Positions 1 through 9,927 of a stretch of 64,000 nt of DNA are shown piece after piece. Below the pieces are notes generated by a model. The model made no database searches, was not told where the DNA came from, and worked only from the letters and a program-made list of their open reading frames with translations. Every line of letters starts with the position of its first letter. Within the stretch, counting starts at the first letter, position 1. The stretch is from positions 82,763-146,762 of the IMG/VR virus record IMGVR_UViG_3300029319_000006. One strand, given 5' to 3'. Origin of the DNA: a virus. Both the position numbers and the translations under genes were made by a program.

Positions 1-319
1 TAACATCTGCACTAAAAGAAACTGTATCTGTGTCAGCATCACCTATTCTTAAGGCTCCTCCAACAACAACATCTCCTTGCATTCTTGCATCACCAACTAC
101 TCTTAATTTACCTCCAACTGTAACATTACCAGCAAATGCAGGTGAACTATCAGCAGCAGTAAATTTTCCTGCAACTTCATTTACAGCTCCTGTAATATTT
201 TTGGAAGTCGTTACTAGAGTAGATACATCACCAACTGAATCAATTAATTGATTGTGTCTTAATCTTTGTAAATTAAGATTGTCTGTAATATTAGTATGTG
301 GTATCTTAGAATTAGGCAT
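1..319 (-). CDS. Virion structural / tail fibre-like protein, N-terminal part (runs off the window start)
   Basis: Not in the ORF track. Manual translation from ATG at 319: MPNSKIPHTNITDNLNLQRLRHNQLIDSVGDVSTLVTTSKNITGAVNEV...GNVTVGGKLRVVGD. Fibre-like N-terminus and GxLxVxG repeats; baseplate context. Confidence 0.7.
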   Translation of the reverse strand, partial: MPNSKIPHTNITDNLNLQRLRHNQLIDSVGDVSTLVTTSKNITGAVNEVAGKFTAADSSPAFAGNVTVGGKLRVVGDARMQGDVVVGGALRIGDADTDTVSFSADV

Positions 320-512
320 TGGAAACTTTCTCTAAAATCGTTTGAAGCATACCCTTCATATCTGAAACTTCTTTTTTTAAATTTTCTATTTCTAATCTTT
401 GAGCATTCTTCCGTTTATTTATATTGACAATCATACCCGTGTCTTCATCTCTTCTTAAATCAGGAAATTCAGCTACTCTTTGTAATTGTCTTGGTTTATT
501 CAATTTCATCAT
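312..512 (-). CDS. Small conserved T4-like hypothetical protein (coiled-coil C-terminus)
   Basis: LRRDEDTGMIVN motif followed by a heptad pattern; overlaps both neighbours in an operon. Confidence 0.7.
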   Translation of the reverse strand: MMKLNKPRQLQRVAEFPDLRRDEDTGMIVNINKRKNAQRLEIENLKKEVSDMKGMLQTILEKVSNA

Positions 513-2209
513 GATGTAGCAATAGTCCTTATATTAGCAAATACTGGAGGATGAGTTTGTCTTGTTGTGTGCATAGTTATTTTTATTTGATACTCATCAA
601 ATGCTTTTAAATCAAAAACACTAAAAGCATATTCTCTAAATGCTGTATAATTATCAGTAGGAGCAATATCGTTATAACCCATACCTTTTACTTGTTTAGT
701 TGTTTTACTAAATTCAACAAAACTTTGATCTGTTAATTTTGATCCATCATCACCAGCTGTTTTTGTTCTAAAATAAACACTAAATTCAGCTCCTTTTGGT
801 CTTACAGCATCCATGTAAACTACAATAGATGTAGCAGATGTTTCTAACTTATAAGGTATAGTTAGATGTTGTGCAGCAGCTGTTCCCCCTGAAGATGCAG
901 AATCAGCTACAAATGATACTGATGATAAAGTATTTTTACCAGTGGCTGCAGCAGCAGCTTGAAAATCAACTAATGCAGCTTCACAACCTACAAAAGATGT
1001 GTTAACATTAAAATGAGGGGCAACATTAGCATCATCAGTAATCATAGTTACAGTAAATTTACCTGAAGGATTACCACTAAGTCTTAAAGTTTCATTTTCA
1101 GTTGTAGCAATCATATGAGGATTTTTAAGTCTTATAGTTTTAAAAGGTAATAGTTTTATATCACTAGTAGTGTTATAAGCTGTTTCAGATCCTGCAAAAC
1201 TTTTACTTGTTGTTAAATCTGCTTTTGCAAAAAGTGAAGTTTTCTTAGGTGTTACATTAGGAAGATTAAGATATATTTGATCTATACCATAATTTTCTGT
1301 AGCAAGTAATCCTGTTCCTCCAGCTCTTATACTTGCAGTAGCATTTGAATCAGCATTGAATGTATATCCAAAAGGATCAGCATTTACAATTGTTCTTTCA
1401 CCTAATACACTTCTTCCAAACATTCCATTTATAGAACCACTACTATCAAAACTATTCACTCCATCAGTTGATAATACAACTTTATCACCAGGTTGAAAAC
1501 CATGTGAAGGATGTCTAACTTTTACTAATGTACTAGCTGCAGTAAATGTTAAAGGATCAAAACTATAGTGACTTAATCCATCTCTAACTGTAGATTCTGT
1601 TAATTTTTTAGGTCCTGGATTATTAGCAAACATAACAGCTGTGTGTTTAGTAGCTGTAGTAAATTGAGCTTTATAAACTTTAAATGTTACATCTTTACTA
1701 TTATCTGCTTCCCAAGAAGTTCCATTAGAAGAACTATAATATGCACCTTGTTCAGTAGATGAATTAAATGTGTAAAATTCTTGTGTACTTCCATATAAGT
1801 AATTTAAATTTTTAGCAATATACATCTGATATTGTCCAGCTGGAGCTGAAGTGTATATTACAAATGAACATAATGTGTTAGCAGGCACATATATTGGATG
1901 TCTAAATTCAAATTTAAATTCTCTAGCAGCAGCAAAAGTTGTACCAGCAAAAGATCCACCAGGATCAGTTTTAGCTCTGATTTGTGCTGCAGTAGCTGTA
2001 ACTCTTGTACCAGGAATATATCTAATAGAAGAAGGTGCACCATCTTCACTTGTTGGTCTCATTTCTATTGTGATTCCATAATCATCATCTGCTGGTGCTT
2101 TGGCAAAGAATATGCCAATTGCAGTTAATGTACTAGCTTGATCAACAACAAAGGTTTGAGCTGTTGGATTTCTTTGTTCTGCTAGTTGAAGTAAACCTGC
2201 TTGAGCCAT
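509..2209 (-). CDS. Virion structural protein, C-terminal portion of a DUF4815-type baseplate protein
   Basis: NPTAQTFVV...IFFAK, S.NGTSWEAD..KDVTFKVYKAQF and F..YQIKI.M motifs resemble the C-terminal half of the large marine T4-like baseplate protein. Confidence 0.7.
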   Translation of the reverse strand: MAQAGLLQLAEQRNPTAQTFVVDQASTLTAIGIFFAKAPADDDYGITIEMRPTSEDGAPSSIRYIPGTRVTATAAQIRAKTDPGGSFAGTTFAAAREFKFEFRHPIYVPANTLCSFVIYTSAPAGQYQMYIAKNLNYLYGSTQEFYTFNSSTEQGAYYSSSNGTSWEADNSKDVTFKVYKAQFTTATKHTAVMFANNPGPKKLTESTVRDGLSHYSFDPLTFTAASTLVKVRHPSHGFQPGDKVVLSTDGVNSFDSSGSINGMFGRSVLGERTIVNADPFGYTFNADSNATASIRAGGTGLLATENYGIDQIYLNLPNVTPKKTSLFAKADLTTSKSFAGSETAYNTTSDIKLLPFKTIRLKNPHMIATTENETLRLSGNPSGKFTVTMITDDANVAPHFNVNTSFVGCEAALVDFQAAAAATGKNTLSSVSFVADSASSGGTAAAQHLTIPYKLETSATSIVVYMDAVRPKGAEFSVYFRTKTAGDDGSKLTDQSFVEFSKTTKQVKGMGYNDIAPTDNYTAFREYAFSVFDLKAFDEYQIKITMHTTRQTHPPVFANIRTIATS

Positions 2210-3424
2210 TTATTTCTCCCTCACAAATAGTCCTACAATAAATGTTTGTAAAACTCGATAATAATATCTTGTTGCTATTTTTAGTTCAAACGGTCTTTTT
2301 CCATTACCCCATTCTAAACACTCTTTGAATTCTTTATAAACTTTTTCAGCTGTTCCATTTGCTATGTGTTTACGACCAAGATATCTATAACCTCTTCTCA
2401 TAGCTTCTCCCCACCATTTATTGTGAAGATTTTTCTTACACCAATCAACTGCATTAGCTTTATCACTAGAAAGAAAAGCACCACTAGATACAGCATGAGT
2501 AGCTATAACACAACTATTATTTGAAGACTCTTTTCCTCCATTACCTTTATCACCTTGAACAGCTTCTGACCATGTTTCAGCTATATATCCACCATCACTA
2601 TGTTTAGCATCTCCTTGTCCAGCTACACCTAATGCAGTAGCACTAGTACCAGTTCCTGCTTGATTATGATAAGCTAATGAATTATTAATATTTTCTATTG
2701 TATCGTGATATGTGTAGGTTCCACTCCAATTTGTAACTTGATAATACCCATATTCTTTATCATTGCCTCCATCATCATTTTTTGAAGTAGTTGTATTTGG
2801 AGTAGCTGTAGGTTGAGCATTAGTAGTAGGAGTTACTTCAGGTTCTTGCCATACTTGTTCTATTGCTGTATAAGTGTATGATGAAGTAGTACTATATTGA
2901 TAATAATTTTCATATTGTCCATAACCTTTAAAAATAGCTGTTCCATAAGATTTACATTTAGCTTTATTTGGAGAGGATATATCAATAGCCATAAAAGTGT
3001 GTCCATCTGTATTCAATGGCCAACTTATGTCCGCATTACTTTGTAAATAAAATACTCCTCTTAGTATTCCATTAGCAGTTGATGTTACTGGAGTATTTAC
3101 AGCTCCTCCATTAGTAGCACCACTGTAAGCTAAATTACTTGCTGAAGGAAATGATGTAGCATTTACATATTGTTCACCAGGTTCTTTTAATGAAGAATTA
3201 CCTGATGCAGAAGTGAAATCTGATTCACTATAAGAAGTATTTACAAATCTAGTAACTTCTTTATTTCCAAAAAATATCCAATGAGGAATATTAGGTCTTA
3301 GTCCGGTAAATTCAAAATATATAAATTTTGGTCTGTGCACTGGAATGGGATCATAACCAACTACAGATTCATGTGTTGTTGTTTGATAACCAGTTTTTTG
3401 TACAGATACGTCTACATATGGCAT
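2210..3424 (-). CDS. Virion structural protein, middle portion of a DUF4815-type protein, with a T/P-rich linker and an extra C-terminal domain
   Basis: IP..RPK.IYF.FTGLRPN..H..FF and T.ANG.L.GVF motifs; C-terminal CVIATH domain. Confidence 0.6.
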   Translation of the reverse strand: MPYVDVSVQKTGYQTTTHESVVGYDPIPVHRPKFIYFEFTGLRPNIPHWIFFGNKEVTRFVNTSYSESDFTSASGNSSLKEPGEQYVNATSFPSASNLAYSGATNGGAVNTPVTSTANGILRGVFYLQSNADISWPLNTDGHTFMAIDISSPNKAKCKSYGTAIFKGYGQYENYYQYSTTSSYTYTAIEQVWQEPEVTPTTNAQPTATPNTTTSKNDDGGNDKEYGYYQVTNWSGTYTYHDTIENINNSLAYHNQAGTGTSATALGVAGQGDAKHSDGGYIAETWSEAVQGDKGNGGKESSNNSCVIATHAVSSGAFLSSDKANAVDWCKKNLHNKWWGEAMRRGYRYLGRKHIANGTAEKVYKEFKECLEWGNGKRPFELKIATRYYYRVLQTFIVGLFVREK

Positions 3425-3433
3425 TTTATTTCC

Positions 3434-6403
3434 TTAGTCGTTTGTAACTACTTCGTTTGTACCCTTAACAATAAGTGAAGAGTTAGAAGTTGAAGAATAA
3501 CTTTGATCAACTTTTCTTCTTACTGTAAAATAATCTCCTTCCGGAATCAATTCACTAGAAGCTATATGTTGAGGTGTTTCAAATTGATTTACATTTTCTA
3601 TTGAAGTAGCTTTTTGTTGGCTAAAGTCTGCTACTGATTCAGTATACTTAGGCCAAATTGTACTTCCTTTTACTACACATAATCCACCAGAAGCTGCTGA
3701 GTCATATGTCATTCCAATTGCTTTATGATATATTTTTGGTGTAAGTACATTTACAGATGGCATTTTATTGATTCTAGCTCTATACTCATCATTATACCAA
3801 TCGGATTGTAATTTATCCTGAAAATTATCTCCTGTCAATCCTTCCATTTGTCTTATTGTACTTTGATTATTAGGATCATACACTTCCATTTTAGCTAAAT
3901 TTAATTCAGCTGCAGATAAGGTATATAATCTTTCTAAGTTACCAAGTCTTCTATCAATTCTATTGATATCAGCCATCTTATATCCTTGGTAATTATATGT
4001 AAAAGTTCCAGCATCATTTTTATTCATAGTAAATGGATTCAAATGTATTTCATGTAATATCATATCAGCTGGATCAATATTATTTGGCATAGTAGGTTTG
4101 ACTGCAGCAGTACCATAATTATAAATTAGTTGACCTTGAGGAGTCATTGTTATAGCATCAGTTCTAGGATTAAAATATTTTGCTGTTCCTATTTGTAAAT
4201 TATCTTGATTCCTTGGTAAAAATTCTATTCTACTGATACCTCCAGAAAAAGTTCCATTGGCTGGATTCTTAGATGGTCTCATATCAATACAATCTGCTAA
4301 TCTATAATTTTGACCAGCTGGACTACTGAATGAAGGTATTTTATCATAATCTAAGTTTACATATGAATTTGGTCCAAAAAATCCAGTATTTCCAGCACTT
4401 GGTGTTGAATGTAAAAAATACCTATACTGTACATTAATTGTACCAGCAGGAGCAGAAACTCCAGACTTTAATGTTCCAGTTCCTGGTCCATAAAAATTAT
4501 CTGTTTGACCATTATTAAAGTTAAATTTATATGTAATATCTTCATTAGTTGTATCATCAATAACTTTATGAAACTTAAATATATCATTTTTAGTAACAGT
4601 GAAAACACCACTAGATAAAGATAAACTTGAATCAGTTTGAAATAATCCAGTAGTAGGATCTGGTGTTAACGTTTTTGTTTTTAAAACAAGAGATCTGTTT
4701 TCAAATGTTAATAATTTTGCATTTCCAGCAGGAACATTTCCAGGAGTTGTTGCACCATTTTTATATCCTGTTGTAATAGTTTTTGATGTGGATGTCCCAG
4801 TCATAGAGAGATTACTATAGATATCTCCACTATCCATCACCCATAACCATTGATCAGTATCGTCAAAAGTTCCTGTTGTAGTTGAAACTGCATTTGAAGG
4901 ATTAGTTAATCCTGTTTTTACTACACCTATCGTACCAGTAACAGATGATGTTTCACTAACTCTTGCTCTTGGCATTCTAAATAATAAATTGTTGTCTTGT
5001 TTATCAATAAGGTCAAAGTTACCTAAAACATTTTTTAAATTAACAAAACTTGTACCACTTGTTCCAACACTTCTTACATCACCTAGATTATTATTACTAT
5101 CTAAACTTATATCAAATACATGAGTTTTAAGAGTAGATCCAAATTTATCAACCATTCTTACTTTAGCAGTTCCAATAGTTGTTCCTCCATGATCTCTAGC
5201 ATTTTTTAAGTTTACTGTTCCATAAGTTGGTATTTCTCCAATCATACCAAAAGAACTATCAATATTTGAAAGAAAATAATTTCCGTAATTAGCACCAACA
5301 AATTCATTAGTTATTATATTAATATTTTCATCTACGTTAGGATCGTTTGGTTTTCTAACTCTGAATGGTAATGGATTATCACGAGTAATTTTATTACCTT
5401 TGATAAATGCAGTACCACTAGATATTTCAATTGATAAAAAGTCTGTACTTGCACTATCATCTTTTATTGTTATATCAAATTCACCTATTGCACTTCTCTC
5501 AATAAAATCTCCAGTAATAGCATCTGTTCTAGCATTTAATATTTTAGCAATATTACCTAAAGTTCTATCTGATGTACTAATATTACTTACAATCTTACCA
5601 TTCTTAATTTCATATATTGAATAGAATGTATCTCCTGCAGATATCGCATCTTGAGTAGTAAGAGTTAATATAATTTGTAATCTATCAGCACCAGGCGAAG
5701 TAAGATTTGGAGTAGCTCCAGCATTATCAAACAATGCTACATTATCTGATGAAGTCACTATTTGTTGAGTTACTTTAAATCCAACTGTTTTAGATGGAGT
5801 GGCACTAAATTTATCAAGAACTAATGTTTGAGCTTCCACATGAATTAAATGACCAGCAGCATAAGTGTCAAAAGATGGTACTTCTATGATTGAACCACTT
5901 CCCACAGCATCACTAACATTCTCAATAGTTATATTACCTAAAGTCGAAGACAGAACAGCTCCTGGAGCAAACTGTTTGGGTTGAGAGGTATCAGTGGCTA
6001 CGGATGAACCTCCTGTTTTACCTTTACCCATTCTTACCATAATTACATCTTGAGCTGCATCAGGTATAATTGCTTTTACTGTAGCAAATAAATCTCCATC
6101 ATTAATTATTGTACCTTTTAAAGCAGCATGACCAGTTGGTAATGAAGTTACTTTGATATATGTGTAAGAAAATGAATCTGATCCTGCGGCTAATGTTCCA
6201 GAATTATTAAATATTGCTCCTTCACTTACAATAAATTTAGCAAGTCTTTCAATTTCTTTTTGTATAATTGTTTGAGATTGAGTTAATTCTCTAGCTTGTA
6301 ATGCTTTACCTGAATTAAATAATATACGGTGGTAATGATCACTGTCTCTATAATCATCATTATATGTACTTAAAAAAGTTGTTTTTGATACGTTAGTAAC
6401 CAT
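3434..6403 (-). CDS. DUF4815-type baseplate/virion structural protein, N-terminal portion
   Basis: YNDDY...YHRILF..GKALQARELTQSQTI.Q, PGADRL, DCIDMRP and GYKMADI..I..R..NLE motifs. Confidence 0.85.
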   Translation of the reverse strand: MVTNVSKTTFLSTYNDDYRDSDHYHRILFNSGKALQARELTQSQTIIQKEIERLAKFIVSEGAIFNNSGTLAAGSDSFSYTYIKVTSLPTGHAALKGTIINDGDLFATVKAIIPDAAQDVIMVRMGKGKTGGSSVATDTSQPKQFAPGAVLSSTLGNITIENVSDAVGSGSIIEVPSFDTYAAGHLIHVEAQTLVLDKFSATPSKTVGFKVTQQIVTSSDNVALFDNAGATPNLTSPGADRLQIILTLTTQDAISAGDTFYSIYEIKNGKIVSNISTSDRTLGNIAKILNARTDAITGDFIERSAIGEFDITIKDDSASTDFLSIEISSGTAFIKGNKITRDNPLPFRVRKPNDPNVDENINIITNEFVGANYGNYFLSNIDSSFGMIGEIPTYGTVNLKNARDHGGTTIGTAKVRMVDKFGSTLKTHVFDISLDSNNNLGDVRSVGTSGTSFVNLKNVLGNFDLIDKQDNNLLFRMPRARVSETSSVTGTIGVVKTGLTNPSNAVSTTTGTFDDTDQWLWVMDSGDIYSNLSMTGTSTSKTITTGYKNGATTPGNVPAGNAKLLTFENRSLVLKTKTLTPDPTTGLFQTDSSLSLSSGVFTVTKNDIFKFHKVIDDTTNEDITYKFNFNNGQTDNFYGPGTGTLKSGVSAPAGTINVQYRYFLHSTPSAGNTGFFGPNSYVNLDYDKIPSFSSPAGQNYRLADCIDMRPSKNPANGTFSGGISRIEFLPRNQDNLQIGTAKYFNPRTDAITMTPQGQLIYNYGTAAVKPTMPNNIDPADMILHEIHLNPFTMNKNDAGTFTYNYQGYKMADINRIDRRLGNLERLYTLSAAELNLAKMEVYDPNNQSTIRQMEGLTGDNFQDKLQSDWYNDEYRARINKMPSVNVLTPKIYHKAIGMTYDSAASGGLCVVKGSTIWPKYTESVADFSQQKATSIENVNQFETPQHIASSELIPEGDYFTVRRKVDQSYSSTSNSSLIVKGTNEVVTND

Positions 6404-6412
6404 TTTTTATCC

Positions 6413-7807
6413 TCAAAGTTGAACGACGAGTTTTATATCGTCTGTACTAGCAGTCGTTCGAGTTTGTGCAGAAGCATTATTAATAAAGAATATTTCACCT
6501 GAATATCTGTCTACATCAGGTCTTATGTTATGTTGTCCTGTTGCAATTGTTCTTGTACTACCCAATCCTTCAACAGTAATTGTTTCTCCTGATCTAAATG
6601 GAGTAAATCCTGATGCTTCATCTTGATGATACCATATTGTAGAATCTTGAATAAAATCTACCCAAGCCTTAGCATTACTGTCTCCTGTTATTTCAACATC
6701 ATTTGCAAAAGCAAAAGAACTAGAAATTGGTGATGTAACTCTAATTTTCTTTAAACAGTTTCCTGCTGTACCTTGAAACTTATTTCTAGATGCACTGTCT
6801 ACTAATGGATTTTTCCATAATGCTATTTGTCTATAATCATTATCAACTATCCAATTACCAGAAACATTTCCTTCTGGTTTAATATGAAACATCATAGCTG
6901 AAGCTCTTAAATCATTTATTGGATTAGCTCCAAGACCGTTACTATCGTGAGCAAAAACTGGAACAACAGTAGCGTTAGTTCCTCCAGGTGAAGTTATTCT
7001 TATATTAGCTTGTTTATAACCAGATCCTAAAAATGGTGATATGTCTGTGGTTCCAGAACTTTCACCAACTTCTACAGCTGTTATAACACCAGATCCTACA
7101 ACAGCGTATGCTTTGGCTCCATTTCCATCACCTACTACAGTCAAAGAAGTAGTTGCACTGTCATATCCAGATCCACCATTAGTTACTCTATATCCTAAGA
7201 TTTGGCCAGACACAGCAGCATTTTGAATTGTAAACTGAGCAAATCCAGGATCAGTTGCTGAAGCAGAATCAACTTTCTTTACAGGCATAAAATTAGATGT
7301 AGTAAAAAAGTTTGTATCAGCAGTAGAAATAGAATACATAAATTTCCAGATATATCCATCTGCTTCAATTGGTAATGATACATTAGTATGATCTGGTTTA
7401 ACAGTAGAAACTTGGTTGTTACCTAAAGAATCTTTACCCACTCTTAAACATACGTATACATTATTTTCTGCTGTTTTTACATAATAAGATGTAGCTGGAT
7501 GTCCTGTAGAATTATCATTATATTGTGCATATTGTGTATTAGTTGTCCAATCTTTGATAGGTACCACATGAGAAAATGCTTCAATAGCTTTTACAGACTG
7601 TAAATTATATCTAAACAATCTAGTTTCTCTATCTGTAACATTTGGTGTTGGTGCAACATCTGTATTTGCTATAGGATCCCATTGTTGTGATCTACCAACT
7701 GCTATATAGTAATTATTATTAGAATCACCAAGTTTTGTACCCGTCGCTTCATCAAACAATTGACTTAGAAATGTTCTTTTAATTTTATCTGTAATAATTG
7801 CTGTCAT
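6413..7807 (-). CDS. gp8: Baseplate wedge subunit gp8
   Basis: YYIAVGRSQ.W, NVYVCL, DGYIWKFMYSI, NDYRQIAL.KNP, C-terminal DDIKLVVQL. Confidence 0.9.
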   Translation of the reverse strand: MTAIITDKIKRTFLSQLFDEATGTKLGDSNNNYYIAVGRSQQWDPIANTDVAPTPNVTDRETRLFRYNLQSVKAIEAFSHVVPIKDWTTNTQYAQYNDNSTGHPATSYYVKTAENNVYVCLRVGKDSLGNNQVSTVKPDHTNVSLPIEADGYIWKFMYSISTADTNFFTTSNFMPVKKVDSASATDPGFAQFTIQNAAVSGQILGYRVTNGGSGYDSATTSLTVVGDGNGAKAYAVVGSGVITAVEVGESSGTTDISPFLGSGYKQANIRITSPGGTNATVVPVFAHDSNGLGANPINDLRASAMMFHIKPEGNVSGNWIVDNDYRQIALWKNPLVDSASRNKFQGTAGNCLKKIRVTSPISSSFAFANDVEITGDSNAKAWVDFIQDSTIWYHQDEASGFTPFRSGETITVEGLGSTRTIATGQHNIRPDVDRYSGEIFFINNASAQTRTTASTDDIKLVVQL

Positions 7808-7819
7808 AATTGTTTCCTA

Positions 7820-8818
7820 TTAAGATACTGTATGTCCTTCACCACCCATCACATACCAGTTTGTTCCGTCCCAGATAAGTGTTGCTGTATCGAATTGTTG
7901 AAATGTTACTCCTGTTGATCCTTGAGGGAATTGAGCTGCAGTGATACTTAATACTAAATCACCAGCACCTGATTGTCTTATTACATGCAAGTTAAGAGTT
8001 TTACTTGCAGGACCATTAGGTAATGTTACTGTACCAGCACCACCTTGTAATAATAATAAACTTTTTGTGAGTGATGCAGTATCACCATTTGATAATGTTT
8101 CTGAAGATAATCCATATTGATTTATGTTTACAATTCCTGTACCTTTGGAAGAAATATCTAAACCTATATTAGCGTCTGTGCTTCCAATAACTGATAAACT
8201 AGGTGTATTACCATTTGATACACCAGTAACTTTTATTCTATTTCTTGTGTTTCCTACATCAGTAAATGAAATAACTGGATTGCCTGTAGAATCAGAAAGA
8301 TGAGTTGTAATTTTAGGAGAGGATATGGTAGGTGAAGCTAAAGATTTATTTGTTAATGTTTGATTATGAGCTTCCATTACCATTACATCATTACTACCTA
8401 AAAGAGGTAAAACAACATTTCTATTTGCTGCCAGATTACTTGGTACAAAATTATAATGATGTGATGAATCTAAATCTTTTATTTTAAATCTATCAAATGT
8501 AGCACTATCTATAGATGGTTGAGTTAAAGTTTTATTAGTTAAAGTTTGAGATGCTGTATTTAATGTTACTTCACCAGATGCATTAGGAAAATCAATATTT
8601 CTTTCTGCAGTTGGATTTACATGACCAATCTTTGTTCTAAAAGATGCTCCAATGAAATCTACACCACTATCAGTAAGAGCAGATACACCAGCACCTCCTC
8701 CGCCAACTAATGTGTAAAGTTCAGTAAAATTTTCATTAATTTTAGTACCAGCAGTTCTTAACGTATCGCCTGTACCATCATTAGCTGAAGTACCAGTATT
8801 AATTGTTTGTCTTGCCAT
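7820..8818 (-). CDS. Baseplate wedge / tail fibre connector, gp9/gp10-like N-terminal domain
   Basis: N-terminal INTGTSANDGTGDTLRTAGTKINENFTELY signature; QTLTNKTL repeats; late promoter upstream. Confidence 0.8.
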   Translation of the reverse strand: MARQTINTGTSANDGTGDTLRTAGTKINENFTELYTLVGGGGAGVSALTDSGVDFIGASFRTKIGHVNPTAERNIDFPNASGEVTLNTASQTLTNKTLTQPSIDSATFDRFKIKDLDSSHHYNFVPSNLAANRNVVLPLLGSNDVMVMEAHNQTLTNKSLASPTISSPKITTHLSDSTGNPVISFTDVGNTRNRIKVTGVSNGNTPSLSVIGSTDANIGLDISSKGTGIVNINQYGLSSETLSNGDTASLTKSLLLLQGGAGTVTLPNGPASKTLNLHVIRQSGAGDLVLSITAAQFPQGSTGVTFQQFDTATLIWDGTNWYVMGGEGHTVS

Positions 8819-8842
8819 GTTTTATCTCTTTTTTCTTAACAT

Positions 8843-8850
8843 TATTTATA
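8843..8850 (-). promoter_or_regulatory. T4-type late promoter TATAAATA
   Basis: Exact TATAAATA in the intergenic gap about 25 nt upstream of the gp9/10-like start. Confidence 0.7.
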
Positions 8851-8859
8851 TGTGTAAAA

Positions 8860-9927
8860 TCAAGGTCCTGTTGGATAATGAGCAGAATCTGCACTATTTG
8901 AAGAAGAATCAAACAATGTCCTATATCTATGCTCATCAAATCTTGGAAGTAGAATAACACCTGATGGTGAATCTCTATCCATTCTAATTGCTGTTGCAGT
9001 TTCAGAATCATCCATTAAGAATGAATTAGGTGTAATCAGTTCTCTAAATGTTAGTGTAGCAGTACTATCCATTATAGTTGTAAGACTTCTTTCTATGTCT
9101 TTTTCTACATCTGCTCTAATCATACCAATAGTACCATCACCTCTTTGAATAAGTGTAGTATCTACACTACCAAGTAAATTCATATTAGCTATAGTTTCTG
9201 TAGAAGTAGTAAATACTGGTTTTGATCCTGGTCCTGATTCTCTTAATGATTGAATAACATTACCATTTACTAATTCTAAAACAATTTGAGCTGCTAGATG
9301 AGCTCCAGCTGGGTGAACAAATAATTTATAAGCATCTTCCCATTGTTGTACAGGAATTGCACTTTTTATGAGAATAGACATTACTTGAAATTGTCCATTA
9401 TCAGTTAAAAACTTTTGAGATTCTGATCCTAATACACCAGCAGCAGTTTTAATTTGCTGACCTGATGAATTAACACTATCTAAATTATAATCTATAGCAG
9501 GACCTACATGAAAAATATTTTCTTTTGGATAGATTACTTGAGGATCATCATTAAAAAATCCACGGAAGAATTGTTGTATACTATATTTGGTACCTTTAGA
9601 TCTATATAATTGATTTGAAAACTTTATTGCTTCTCTTTTATTTAAGAATCCTCCAAATGTAGCATTACCTAATAATAACTCATCTTCTAAAAATTTTAAT
9701 AAATCTTCTGGAACTTGAGTAGCGTCTCTACTTGAATATAAATCATGGATTTGACCAGAAGGTTTTCCAGATGAATCCATATATTCATAATATGCATCAA
9801 ACAATGCTTTTAACTTAGGATAATCAATACCAAAATACTCTGGTAGAATATTATCAACTTCTGCTCTTTGCAGATTTAATAATCTTCTATTAAGATCAGT
9901 AGTAGTTTTATCTTGTTCGTATTCCAT
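8860..9927 (-). CDS. Baseplate wedge initiator gp7-like (short form)
   Basis: LPEYF..DYP.L..LF.AYYEY, LYRSKGT.YSI..FFR.FF and K.FVHPAG motifs; directly downstream of gp6. Confidence 0.75.
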   Translation of the reverse strand: MEYEQDKTTTDLNRRLLNLQRAEVDNILPEYFGIDYPKLKALFDAYYEYMDSSGKPSGQIHDLYSSRDATQVPEDLLKFLEDELLLGNATFGGFLNKREAIKFSNQLYRSKGTKYSIQQFFRGFFNDDPQVIYPKENIFHVGPAIDYNLDSVNSSGQQIKTAAGVLGSESQKFLTDNGQFQVMSILIKSAIPVQQWEDAYKLFVHPAGAHLAAQIVLELVNGNVIQSLRESGPGSKPVFTTSTETIANMNLLGSVDTTLIQRGDGTIGMIRADVEKDIERSLTTIMDSTATLTFRELITPNSFLMDDSETATAIRMDRDSPSGVILLPRFDEHRYRTLFDSSSNSADSAHYPTGP

